Below, piece by piece: positions 38,599 to 50,879 of a stretch of DNA of 64,000 nucleotides. The notes under the pieces were generated by a model. That model did no database searches. It was not told where the DNA came from and saw only the letters and a program-made list of their open reading frames with translations. This DNA comes from Chiloscyllium plagiosum (Eukaryota), in contig NC_057718.1 of assembly GCF_004010195.1 (NCBI RefSeq), forward strand, positions 72,990,854 through 73,054,853, in the 5' to 3' direction. Every line of letters starts with the position of its first letter. Within the stretch, counting starts at the first letter, position 1. The position numbers and the translations under genes were made by a program.

Positions 38599-39555
38599 TA
38601 CGTGTGAGTGTGTGATGGGGTATAAGCCTGTGTATAAGGGTATAAGGGTGCGTATGTGGGAGTGCGGGGTGGGGGCAGGGTGGATGTGCGCGCGTATGAG
38701 AACAAGCTTATGTATGAAAAGGGACAGACAGAATACGTAGGTGTTTGGGTGTGCGTAGGTGTGCATGCTACCATTGGGTGACCACCCTCCAAGGCGGACT
38801 TCAGGACAAGCAACAACACAGAGTGGCCAAGCAAAGGATAATAGCCAAGTTCGGTACCCATGGCTCGATCAGGACTTTGGGTCACACTACAGATGACCCC
38901 ATTGCACCATACACACACACTCTCTTATGGACACTTGCACTCCCCCCACTCATATCCACGCACGCTTATATCCCATGAGACACACACATACTTGATCATG
39001 CTTACACAAACGCTTTCATGTGCACTCAACCCACACGCATGCACACTGTCTCTCTTGCATGCGCACAGGGAGGTTTATGGGGCGAATTTGTATTTGCAGA
39101 ATTACATTTTATTTTGCTCAAAAACTACACAAATCCATGCAAGATTCTTTAAGTCCCACTTTAGAAATAGAACCAGTCTGACTCAACATTGGGATACAGA
39201 TAGATTTTAACTTCACACCTGTAAGGCACTGCCTGAGCAGAGATGGTACCCATTGTTAGAAAAGCTAAAGCCATCTTGAGAATGTAACTTAAAAGGAACT
39301 CCTGGATTTATATATAAAAGAACTGAAACTAGCATATCCTATTCTAAAAGATGAAAGACAATCTAAATTTGTTTAATATATCTTTACAGCTCCATGACAC
39401 TATAACCCTTTTGCTATAAATTTGATTTTATACTCCATAACCACCTGAAAGAGCAGCACTTCAAAAGCTCGTGCTTCCAAGTAAATCTGTTGGACGATAA
39501 CCTAGTGTTGTGATTTTTAACTTTGCATACTCCAGTCCAACATCAGTGCCTCCAT
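38599..39555 (+). mobile_element. Penelope-like element 3' end with inverted 5' piece
   Basis: GIY-YIG C-terminal-like LQGGLQDKQQHRVAKQRIIAKFGTH. The CA-rich UTR is mirrored by the GT-rich 38600-38765. Decayed hammerhead motif near 39445-39469. Confidence 0.75.
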
Positions 39556-39559
39556 ATCA

Positions 39560-40445
39560 TGGCTCAAGATTGGCATATGTAAGAGTAGATATACCATGCC
39601 ATAAGATTGCAGACAGTGGTTGAATATAGTTCTGAAGGACCACAGGGCCTCATTGATACCCAGACTAGAGTTGGTAGATCTATTCAAAATCTGTCCCATT
39701 TAGCACGTGATCATGCTATACAACATGAAAGATATCCTCACGGTAAAGGCAGTAGTTTATCTTCATAAGGACTGTGTGGTGGTTACTCCTGTTATTGAAT
39801 TGGTGAAGGTTCAGTAGGTTTTGCCTCTGCTGACAATCCAATCTAGCAGCTTTAGTTCCTTTACAACTGTGCTAGCTAGATCAGAAGGGCTGCTCGCAAA
39901 CAAGTTGGGTGATGGACAGTGTTCTGGTTGAGTGAACTCATTGTGCTCTTGCTACGCATCATGCTTCTTCCAATTTGTGTTCAACATGGAGCAATATGAT
40001 TCATCAGCCAAGGGAGGAAAGATTAGGGTTGGGTCGGCAGGAAAGGAGGAGATGGCAAGGAGTACATGTCCTCAATCAGAAGTTTGACCCAATGTCATGA
40101 AATGTGGGATTCAGAGTTAATGGAGGACTTTGATGGCAATTCTCTCTTGCTTGCATACCACTAAGGGATTCCATCCTGCCAACGTAATAAGACACACCCA
40201 GCGACAGTGATGGTCCGACCTGGGACCCAAAGAATCATGCATCACACAGAGGGCGAGACAGAGCAGTGGGGAAAGGGTGTTGACAGAGACAGCCTATTGC
40301 TTGACTAGTCTGCAGAGAAGATACAAATAAAAAAAAAGGACTTTGCAAGGTCAACAGGGCTGGTCTTGACATTGTTGAGTGCTTAGGTTTAATTAGTCTT
40401 AGGCTTCATAATGGTTTGCTACAGAATGGCTTGCCAGGTAATTTC
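39560..40445 (-). mobile_element. Decayed endonuclease region of the second LINE family
   Basis: Recognised as the 5' ORF2 part of the same shark LINE family; heavily mutated. Confidence 0.5.
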
Positions 40446-40451
40446 AGTGAC

Positions 40452-42775
40452 TAGGAGAAAGTGAGGACTCCAGATTCTGGAGATCAGAGTCAAACATGTG
40501 GTGCTGGAAAAGCACAGCAGGATAGGCAGCAGCCAAGGAACAGGAGAACCGACCTTCCGGGCATAAGCCCTTCATCAGGGATTGTGGGCTGGGTGTTGGA
40601 GAAGGGGACTGAAAGATAAGTGGGAGGGGTGGAAGAGGTAGCTGATAAAGCGATAGGTAGATGCAGGTGGGGGTGATGATCTGTCTGAGCAGAGGGTGGA
40701 GTGGATAGTCAGGAAGGAAGATGGACAGGTAGGACAGTTCAAAAAGGATGGTGCTGAGTTGGAGGGTTGGATCTGGTTAAATCGATGTTGATGCGATGTG
40801 GTTGGAGGGTCCAAAGTCAGAAAATGAGGCATTCTTCCTCCAGATGTCAGATGACTAGGATTTGGTAATGGAGGCAGCCCAAAAGTTGCATGTCCTTGAT
40901 GGAGTAGAAGGCAGAGGTGAAGTGAAGTGATGTGCCACAAGTGGGGAGGTTGTTTGGTGAGTTTTATTCAGAGAGGTTCTTTACAATGTTCCTCGAGTTG
41001 ACGTCCAATTTCCCTAGCATACAGAAGACTAGATCAAGAGCAATTGACACAGCAGATGAGGTAGGAGAAAGTGAGGACTGCAGATGCTGGAGACCAGAGT
41101 TGAAAAGCGTGGTGCTGGAAAACACAGCAGGCCAGGCAGCATCCGAAGAGCAGGAGAATGAGGCTGGTGTGCCAAGCGAGCTGAGTTAAAAAGGTGGGGT
41201 GGGGGTGAGGCAAGGAGGGGCACTGGGAATACGATAGGTGGAAGGAGGTGAGGGTGAGGGTGATAGGCCAGAGAGGGGGTGGTCGCAGAGAGGTCAGGAA
41301 GATGATTGCAAGTCAAGAGAGTGGTGCTGAATCCAGGGGTTGGGACTGAGATAAGGTGGGGGGAGGGGAAATGAGGAAGCTGCAGAAATCGACATTCATC
41401 CAGTGTGGTTAGAGGGTTCCTAGGTGGAAGATGAAGCGCTCTTCCTCCAGGCGTTGTGTGGCCAGGGTCTGGCGATGGAGGCGGCTAAGGACCTGCATGT
41501 CCTTGGCGGAGTGGGAGGGGGAGTTAAAAGTGTTCAGCAAAGGGGCGGTTGATGCAGGTGTCCCAGAGGTGTTCCCTGAAACATTCCACAAGTAGGGCGG
41601 CCCGTCTCCCCAATGTAGAGGAGACCACATCGGGTGCAGCGGATACAGTAAAAGTTGTATGTGGAGGTGCAGGTGAATTTGCGACGGATATGGAAGGATC
41701 CATTGGGGCCTTGGATGGAGGTGAGGGGGGAGGTGTGGGCACAAGTTTTACACTTCTTGCAGTTGCAGGGGAAGGTGCCGGGAATGGAGGTTGGGTTGGT
41801 GGGAGGTGTGGACCTGAGGGAGTCACGGAGGGAATGATCTCTCCGGAACGCTGATAGGGAAATATATCCCTGGTGGTGGGGTCTGTTTGGGAGGTGGCAG
41901 AAATAACGAAGGATGATACGATGTATCCGGAGGTTGGTGGGGTGGAAGGCGAGGACCAGTGGGATTCTGTCCTGGGGGCGATTGGAGGGGCGGGGTTCAA
42001 GGCCAGAGGTGCAGGAAGTGGAGGAGAACATCATCGACCATGTTGGAGGGGAAATTGCGGTCTTTGAAGGAGGCCATTTGGGTTGTGCGGTAGTGGAATT
42101 GGTCCTCCTGGGTAGATGAGATGTTTGGATATGTAAGGATCCTTTGGGGCTTGGATGGAGAGGAGTGGGAATCAAGTATGGGCACAGGCTTTACACCTTT
42201 TGTGGTGGCAAGGGAAGGCATTGGAAGTGGAGGGTGGGTTGGTGGAGGGCATGTACCTAATGAAGGAGTTGCAGAGGGAATGGTCTCTGCAGAATGCTGA
42301 TGGGGTGGGAAGGGAAATATCTCTCTGGTAACAGGGTCTGACAGTAGGTGACAGAAATAGCGGAAGATGGTGGTGGGGTGGAAGGTGAGGACCGGTGGGA
42401 GATTCCATCCTTGTCGCAGGTAGATGGATGGGCTTCAAGGACAGAGGTGCACTAAGTTGAGGTAGAGATGTACTGGAGGGCATTATTGATCATGTGGGGA
42501 GGTGCAATCCAGATAGCTGTCAAAGAGTTGGTGGGTTTGAAGTAGATATCCACGTTGAGTTGGTCACCAGAAATGGAGATCGCGGGGTCCAAGAAGGGGA
42601 GGGATATGTCACAGATGGTCTCAGTGAACTGGAGGTCAAGTGGAAGGTGTTTGTGAAGCTGATGAACTGTTCAACTTAGTCACGGGAGCACAAAGTGGCT
42701 CCGATACACACAGTCATCAACATAGTGGAGGAAAAGGTGGGGAATAGTGCCAGTGTAACTACAGAAGATGGACTG
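40452..42775 (-). mobile_element. Neptune-type Penelope-like element (outer, older copy)
   Basis: Terminus ggagaaagtgaggac...gatgctgg-type; AFCRDHSLCNS, FPCHHKRCKACAH; RT-thumb-like sequence at 42490-42775. Confidence 0.82.
41061..42113 (-). mobile_element. Neptune-type PLE (inner, younger copy) with Cys-rich linker and GIY-YIG
   Basis: ORF 41534-42175: RIPLVLAFHP, AFRRDHSLRDSL, GTFPCNCKKCKTCAH, FYCIRCTRCGLLYIGETGR. Flanked by agatgag at 41054-41060 and 42114-42120. Confidence 0.92.
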
Positions 42776-43075
42776 TTACAGATGTTATGTGGATGTGGGT
42801 GAACTGCACCTCAGTCTTAAAAGCTAGCAGAACTACCTGACAACACCAAGTGTTCTGGATAAAGGTAACAATGTAGCACTTGGTCAAAAGCTAGATTAGC
42901 TGATTGCCTGGAAACGACAAAACAAATTTGAATTATACCAGTTTAAATTATACCCTGAAAGATACCAAATTCCAATCAAGTTTGAATTTAGTATTTTGAT
43001 AATCTTAAACGTCAATAACACAATCAAATTCTTTGGGGGTAAAAGCCCAGGGAAAATTGAATAGTTGGAAGGAGA
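42775..43075 (+). mobile_element. Gypsy-type LTR fragment
   Basis: Starts tgtta; cagtttaaattataccc...tttgaatttagtattttga...ttgggggtaaaag is homologous to the reverse complement of 57640-57770. Confidence 0.7.
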
Positions 43076-43221
43076 ACACCTCCATCCAAAGCCCCAAAAG
43101 GATCCTTCCACATCCAGCAGAGATCTTCCTGCATATCTAAACACTTCATCTACTGTGTCCATTGCTCTCTATGCGGTCTGCTCTACACTGGAGAGCCTGG
43201 ACGACAGACTTCTGCAGATCG
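43076..43221 (+). mobile_element. Inverted PLE GIY-YIG fragment
   Basis: atctactgtgtccattgctctctatgcggtctgctctacactggagag = IYCVHCSLCGLLYTGE. Confidence 0.85.
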
Positions 43222-43723
43222 GAGTTATTGGAGGAATACTAGAGAGGTTATGGTAGGGGATATTAACTTTCCAAACGTAGACTGGGACTGGCATAGTGTT
43301 AAGGGGGTTGGAGGAATTTGTTAAGTGTGTACAAGAAAATTTTCTGACTCTCAATGTGGATGCACCAGTATAGAAGGTGTAAACGTGATGTACTCTAGGG
43401 AAATAAGGCAGGCGACTGAGGTATCAGTGGGGGAAGCACTTTTTGGCCAATGACCATAATACTATTGGTGTTAAAATAACGATGAGAAAAAAAGGATAGA
43501 TCAAATCTAAAAGTAAAAGTTTAAATTGGAGGCTGGTCAATTATGACAGCATTAACCAAGAACTTTGAAAAGTTGAACGGGGGCATTTGTTCGCAGGTAA
43601 AAAAGGGACAGCTATAACATGAGAAGCCTTCAAAAATGAGATAACAAGAATATCTTCCTATTACGATGAAGGGCAAGGTTGGCAGATGGAGGGAATGCTG
43701 GAGGATGAGAGAAATTGTGGTTT

Positions 43724-44044
43724 TTAGATTAGATTAGATTAGATACAGTGTGGAAATAGGCCCTTCGGCCCAACAAGTCCACACTGACCCGCTGAAGCAT
43801 AACCCACCCATTCCCGTACATTTATCCCTTTACCTAACACGACGGGCAATTTTAGCATGGCCAATTCACCTGACCTGCACATCTTTGGACTGTGGGAGGA
43901 AACCGGAGCACCCGGAGGAAACCCACGCAGACACGGGGAGAACGTGCAAACTCCACACAGTCAGTCAGTCGCCTGAGGTGGGAATTGAACCCGGATCTCT
44001 GGCGCTGAGGCAGCAGTGCTAACCACTGTGCCACCGTGCCGCCC
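43724..44044 (-). mobile_element. Young HE1-like V-SINE
   Basis: Full architecture with (TCTAA)n tail. Confidence 0.96.
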
Positions 44045-45140
44045 ACTTGGTCAAGCAAAAGGAAGCATATGTCAGGTTTAGACAGCCCATGGACTGAGTA
44101 AATCCCTAGAAGTGCATAAAGGCAGGAGGAGTATACTTCAGAGGGCAAAAAGGGGACACAAGATAGCTTGTAGGCAAACAGGGTTACAGAGAATCCAAAG
44201 GGATTCTCCAAATACATTAAGGACAAATGGGTAACTAGGGAGAGAATAAGACCCCTTAAAAGATCAATAATGTCACGTATGTGGAACTGCAGGAGATGGG
44301 GGAAAGATATTAAATGAGTATTTTACATCAGTGTGTTTGCTGTGGAAGATATGGAAGACAGACAACATGGGGAAACAAATAGCAACATCTTGAAAAATGT
44401 CCAGATTACAGAGATGGCGGTGTTGGATAACTTAAAACAAAGGTGGATAAATCCCCAGGACCAGTCCAGATGTATCTTACAACTCTGTGGAAGCTGGGCC
44501 CCTTGCTGAGACATCTGTATCAACAGCCACAGGTGAGGTGTTGGAGAGACTAGAGGTTGGCTAACATGGTGGCACTATTTAAGAAAAGTTGTAAGGAAAA
44601 GGCGGGGAACAACAGACTTTGCGAACCTGATATCAGTGGAGGGCACGTTGTTGGAGAGAATTCCAAGGAACACTATTTGCATGTTTTTGCAAAGGCAAAG
44701 ACTGATTAGGAATAGTCAACATGGTTTTGTGCATGGGAAATCATGTCTCACTATTTCTTCAAAAAACTCAATCAAGTTAATGAACAGGACTGAAGAGGGC
44801 ACAGCAATGGGCGTGATCTAGAAGTACTTCAGGAAGGCATTCAACAAGATTCCACACGGTAGACTGGTTAGCAAGATTAGATCACATGGAATACGGAACT
44901 CTCTCAAAAAGGTAGAAAACAGACAGTGGTGGTGGAAGGCTGCTATTCAAACTGGAGGCCAATGACCAATGGAGTGCCACAAGTAGCAGTGCTGGGGTCA
45001 CTGCTTTTCGTCATTTATATAAATGATTTGGACGAGAACATCAGAGGTATAGTTACTAAGTTTGCAGATGACACAAAAACTGGAAGTGTATGGACAGCAA
45101 AGAAAGTTACCTCCGAATACAACAGAATCTTGATCAGATG

Positions 45141-45754
45141 AGTAAATGCTGAAAAAGCACAGCAGGTCTGGCAGCATCCAAGAAGCAGGAGAATCGACGT
45201 TTTGGGCATAAGCCCTTCTTCAGGAATGAAGAAGGTGTGCCAAGCAGGCTAAGATAAAAGGTAGGGAGGAGGGACTTGGGGGAGGGGCGTTGGGAATGCG
45301 ATAGGTGGAAGGAGGTTAAGGTGTGGGTGATAGGCCGGAGAGGAGGTGGGGCGGAGAGGTCGGGATGATGATTGCAGGTCAAGGCGGCAGTGCTGAGTCT
45401 GAGGATTGGGACTGGGAATTCATACACTAAACAAACTTCAGTCCCAATCCTCGGACTCAGCACCACCTTCTTGACCTGCAATCTTCTTCCCAATGTCTCC
45501 GCCCCACCCCCTCTCCGGCCTATCACCCTCACCTAATCTCCTTCCACCTATCGCATTCCCAACGCCCCTCCCCCAAGTCCCTCCTCCCTCCCTTTTATCT
45601 TAGCCTGCTTGGCACACCTTCCTCATTCCTGAAGAAGGGCTTATGCCCGAAACATCGATTCTCCTGCTACTTGGATGCTGCCTGACCTGCTGCGCTTTTC
45701 CAGCAACACATGTTTCAGCTCTGATCTCCAGCATCTGCAGTCCTCACTTTCTCC
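45141..45754. mobile_element. Fold-back PLE-derived element with 6-bp TSD and a hammerhead motif in each arm
   Basis: Arms 45147-45414 and 45439-45705 are near-perfect inverted repeats. cagatg is duplicated at 45135-45140 and 45755-45760. Host CR1 continues across the element. Confidence 0.93.
45629..45656 (+). ncRNA. Minimal PLE-type hammerhead ribozyme motif (one substitution in stem III)
   Basis: CTGAAGA-A-GGGC-TTAT-GCCC-GAAA-CA-TC; the opposite arm supplies CG at the stem III position. Confidence 0.7.
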
Positions 45755-47149
45755 CAGATGGGTTAAAGGGCTGAGGAGTGGCAGATGGAATTAAATTTAG
45801 GTAAATGTGGGGTATTTTGGTACGGCAAATTAAAGCAGGACATATACACTTAATGGTAAGATCCTGGGGAGTGTTGCTCAGAGGCCTTGGAGTCCAGGCT
45901 CATAGTGGAATTTTAGGTCGAGAGGACTGTTTTTTTTAAAAAAAAAAGTGTTTGGTAAGCTTGCCTTTATTGGTCACAGTATTGAGTACTGGAGTTGGGA
46001 GGTCATGTTTGCAGCTGTATAGAACATTAGTTAGGCTACCTTTGAAATACTGTGTGCAATTCTTGTTTCCCTGCTATAGGAAGGATATTGTGAAACTTGA
46101 GGGTTCAGAAAATGTTCAAGGATGTTGGAAGGTTTGAGCTATAGGGAGAGGTTGAATACTCCAGGGCTATTCTCCCTGGAGCATTAGCAGCTGAGGAGTG
46201 ACCTTACAGAGGTTTATAAAATAATGAGGGGCATAGATAGGGGAAAACAAAGTTGTTTCTTTAGGGTGGGGGTTTCCAAAATTAGAGCACTTAGGTTTAA
46301 GATGGAGGAGAAAGATATAAAAGGGACCCAAGGGGCAACATTTTCATGCAGAGAATGGGGTGTATGGCATGAGCTGCTGGAGGAAGTGATGGAGGGTGAT
46401 ACAATTACAGCATTTAAAATGCACTGGGATGGGTATTATGAATATGAAGGGTTGAGAGATAATCAGCCAAATGCTGGCAAATGGGGCAAAAGTAATGTAG
46501 GATCTCTGTTCGGCATGGACAAGTTGGACTGAAGGGTCTGTTTCCGTGCTGCATAGCTCCATGACTAACTCTATGAACGGAGACTCGTATGGGTGTAATG
46601 ACCCCCCCCCCCCTCCATACAATACTATTTTGTGATTCAAAGAATTTACACCCAAAGTATTGAACTGTTTTTAGAGGCTGATGGATCTGGTGTTAATTTA
46701 AAATTTAATTCCATATTTAATTAAGTACATTCACTCTTCTCATGCTTTCTAACACTGACATATGAAGGCAGTAAGATATCTATTTTCAGTGGGCTTTTGA
46801 GCTCATTTCAAGAATCAAAACTCTGTAGATAAAAAGGGAATCTGAACATGTAATGCTAACAGTCCACTCACAGGAATTAAGGAAATTGAATTACTAAGAG
46901 TCTAAATGGGAGTAAGCCTCGCTACACCATTCCACAAGATTATGGCAGATCCCTCCAAGACTCAACTCATCTTTCATGTTCGCTCCTCAATAACACAAAT
47001 AAATCTACTCATGCAGGGCTATGCCAAGCCTTGGTCAGGTCTGCCCACTCAATGCTTGCACTGAAATCTTTGTGCTATATTAATCCGTTCAACTGTGATT
47101 GTCGTCACTCAGCTCGAGAAGGAGACTGTACATACATGGTTCCTGACCA

Positions 47150-47610
47150 CACAAGATAAGAAATAGGAGCAGAAGTCTATCCTGTCATTCTACAAGATCA
47201 TGGCTCATCTGCCCCAGGCCCCTCAACACCTTAGTATCACAGAAATCTTTTTACCTCCTGAGTATTTTGCGATCAAACCTCCACAAATCTCTGGGGTAGA
47301 GAATTGCAGACATTTGGTACTGTCAGAAGAAAGTCCTCCATATTATAATTTAAAAACTCTTCCCTTATTCTGCAACTGCCCCCCAAGTTCAAGATTCCTC
47401 CATTAGCAGAAACATTTCTCAAATTTACCCTGATAAGAATTTACAGCCCCCTTTAATCCCTTAAACTCTAATAAATGAAGGCCAACACATTTAGCTGCTT
47501 CTTGATAAGTCAACTTCTTTATCCCAGGAATCAACTAAGTGAACTGCCTTCAATGCCAATATACCCTGTCTTAAATAGAGGGATAAAACTATGCACAGTA
47601 CTTACTAACA
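47150..47610 (-). mobile_element. Old CR1 3' fragment
   Basis: ataagaaataggagcagaag tail; ggggtagagaattgcaga; cccaggaatcaactaagtgaac. Confidence 0.7.
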
Positions 47611-47639
47611 CCCTCTCATAACATGACTTATAGAGCTTT

Positions 47640-48500
47640 ACAGTCAGAAGTCTACAGAATGGAAACAGGCTCTTCAGCCCAACTAGTCTCATTTGCCAGC
47701 ATTTGGTCCATATCCCAAAACACCTTTCCCTTTCATGTGTTTCCCTTCAGTATGGAAACAGGCCATTTGGCCCAACAAGACCTTCCAAAGTGTAACCCAT
47801 CTAGACACATTCCCTTACCTACATTTACACCTGACTAATGCAGCTAACACTATGGGCAATTTAACTTGGCTAATTCACCTGTCCAGCACATTTTGGATTG
47901 TGAGAGGAAACCGGAGCATACCAAAGCAGACACAGGGGAATGTGCAAACTCCACACAGTCGCCCGAGGTGGGAATCGAGCCCGGGGCCCTGGCACTGTGA
48001 GGCAGCAGTGTTAACCACTGAGCCACTATGCTGCCCAATGTAACCTAAATGTTTTTAAATGTCAGAATTGAACTCTCCTCCACCACTACCTCTCGCAGCC
48101 TGTTCCAGACTCTCAGCACCCTCTCGAAAAAAAATTACCCCTCTGGACTCTTAGATCTCTTCCCCCTCACCTTAAACCTATGCTCTCTAGTTTTAGGCTC
48201 TCTTACCATGGGGACAAACTTTCAGCTATCTACCTTATTTACGCCTCTCATGATGTTATAGATCTCTATAAAGGTCACTCTCAGTCTCCTACATTCTAGG
48301 GAAAAAAAGAGTCCCAGCCTATCCAACCCCTCCTTATAACTCAAATCTTCCAGACCAGGTTGCATCCTACTAAGTCTTTTCTGCACTCTTTCTAGTTTAC
48401 TAATTTCCTTTCTATAGTAGGGTGACCAGAACTGCATGCAGTACTCCAAATGTAGCCTCACCAACATCTTGTACAGCCTGCAACAAGAGTTCTGTAATTC
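47640..48500 (-). mobile_element. CR1 3' fragment with nested SINE
   Basis: ORF 48222-48467: LVRLHLEYCMQFWSPYYRKEISKLERVQKRL. Confidence 0.88.
47747..48036 (-). mobile_element. Older HE1-like V-SINE
   Basis: tgtgcaaactccacacagtcgcccgagg...gcagcagtgttaaccactgagcc. Confidence 0.9.
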
Positions 48501-48834
48501 AATGCTAGGACAGATTTTCTAGTTTTAAATGCCAAACTCCAAATTCCTTGCAATAAGAACAGGGACTAGGATCCTAGCAAAAAAGCTGAATAGGATGGTC
48601 ACAAGGACTTTAATACTTGGAATGCAAGTAACCCTATTGGTAGCTTCACTAGGTTGACACACCATTTTCAGGAATGCCTGGTGTTGTTCTCTATATGCCC
48701 TCCTGTAGTCTCTACTGCCCCCTCATGTAGCCATGCTGTATCAGCCTTATTTTACCATGCACTTCCAAGTATCTGCAATCTCAAACTTAACAATGAACTC
48801 TTAAACCTTAGCAGCTCTCAAGGTCAGGCGAATT

Positions 48835-49160
48835 GGCCTTGAATTTCCTGTCATCTGCCTCCCTTGAAGGAGGTGTTACATTAGCCTTTTTTCTTTTTCC
48901 AGTCGTCTGGGATCCCTCGCTCACTCCAGTGATTCCTGAAGGATAACCAATTCTTCCACAAGCTATTTCCTTTGGAACCCTGGGTGTAATCCATTTGATC
49001 TGAGTGATTTATCCATTTTCAGACCTTTCAACTGCCCCAGCACCTTAGTGATGGCCACTGCACTCACGTCTGCCCCCAACTCTGGAGGTTCTGATGTGTT
49101 ACTAGTATCTTCCACCATGAAGATTGACGTAAAGTACCTTTTGAATTCTTGAACCATTTA
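48835..49160 (-). mobile_element. CR1 ORF2 fragment
   Basis: YFTSIFMVED...LKGLKMDKSLRSNGLHP. Confidence 0.75.
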
Positions 49161-50879
49161 ATAAAAGGCAAAAAAAAAGGGAGAGGTTTAGCAACATCTT
49201 GGGAGAGAAAGACAAAAAAAACTCTTTAGTAAAGAGTCATATCAGACTTGAAATGTTAACTTTGTTTCTTTATCAGACCAGAAACTCAAAATAAGAGCAA
49301 AGTAAACTTTAAATAAAAGTCTGTTCAGAGGGAATATATAGGAATTAAAGGAGCATACAACTTAAAAGCAGAAGTTAGTCCAGGGAGAGAAGGAGAAACT
49401 GCTCAAGGAATCAGATTCATTAAAAGTACAGTTGGTCAATATTGGACTCTTACACGGAAATGTTGAAGGAAAAAAGGTTCTCCACATTTTTACTATCTAA
49501 CACTATGTCCAACACAGACATCCTTTAAGTAAAATACTACTATAAATGCAGGAATTTCCTTTGAGTCTTTGAATAAAAATCTGTAAGAAACTGTTTGCTG
49601 TTTAAAAGTATAAATTTTACATTTCTTTGCTTAAAAAAGCACACATACCAACATTCAGCTCATATAATCAGTATTTAACCAGCCATCAATTCTGAACTTC
49701 ATTTTGTTAGGGTGCACTAACATCTGTGCTTAATAAAGCAATATTTCACATCTTCTCTTATTGCTTTGAAAAAGATCCAAACCATGTTGAAACAATCAAG
49801 ACATCATCGATATTGTTGAGTAATTGTTTTTTTTTAAAAAAAACCAAACATTCCATGCTGCAAAGGACTAAATTAAAGATTACGATGCTCGGCAACAATT
49901 TTCTACTAACAAAGTTAACAAGAAGTAAAATCACTGAAAAACAACATGGTTCAAACCAAAATTTAAGAAAAAAAAAGGAGGTAACAAAAAAAAGTTACTA
50001 TTAACATCAACTAGTTTCCAAGAGTATTATCAGATTGTGAACAGCAACATAAGCAACTCAAATCATATTTCAAAAAGCCAAACTGTTCCAGAATAACATG
50101 CAATTTAAATACCTAACTTGGGCCATAAATTGAGGGGTAGACCACAGTTTCTAACTCACAATGTCATTTTTACTTCAATCATGTGACAAAGAAAACAGTA
50201 ACTCAAAATGGACTTTATACATGAATTTCTTACGGAATAGTGCAGTTCTCAATTGCTACAAAACGTACCCAAGCTGAAAAGACTGCACTGCACATGCCGA
50301 TTCATCTGTTACATACCAGCTTAGGAAAGCATTGGAGATAAACTGACAATTGTGATCTTCAAATAGAAAATGCTGGAATTGCAGGCCAGGTCAGTAAAAA
50401 GCCACATTAATCTTTATGGCATAATCTTTGTGCAGGGGTATCAAAAATGATTACGCCTTGAAATGTCAAATATTTATTTCTCAGTATTAACTGGCACATA
50501 AAAACAAAAGTTTGTTGGAACGTTCTAATTTCAGAATCTCCAGTTTCCCCAACCAATCCCCAAACCACTTGTGATCCTGGAAGGATCTGTTGCTCCAGTC
50601 TGAAATCAGATGTAGTCAACGCATTAATGATTAATTCATACTCCGGTTTATTTTGATAACACTAGAACCATTGGTCATGGCGAGACAAAATATGCTGTTT
50701 AAAAAATTAAGACTTGCGTGACAAGTGGGATAATCAAATTTCTCCAATTTGACAATGTTGAATTTAATTTAGAAAGATGCTTAACAGTTTGTTCTGTGCT
50801 GTGGACGTATTAAAATCTTCAATGAGTTGCTTATCTCACAAATTAGAACCATTTTCTTTACAGAAAAAGACGACTGAGA

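Larger units (their letters stand above)
43225..46572 (+). mobile_element. CR1 LINE hosting a SINE and a fold-back PLE
   Basis: GDINFPNVDW, SQHGFVHGKSCLT, LLFVIYINDL, KFADDTK, 3' tail. Confidence 0.93.

Noticed and set aside
41534..42175. Domesticated GIY-YIG nuclease gene
   Set aside because: Frameshifted after YIGETGR and embedded in a truncated PLE copy; no splice context seen.
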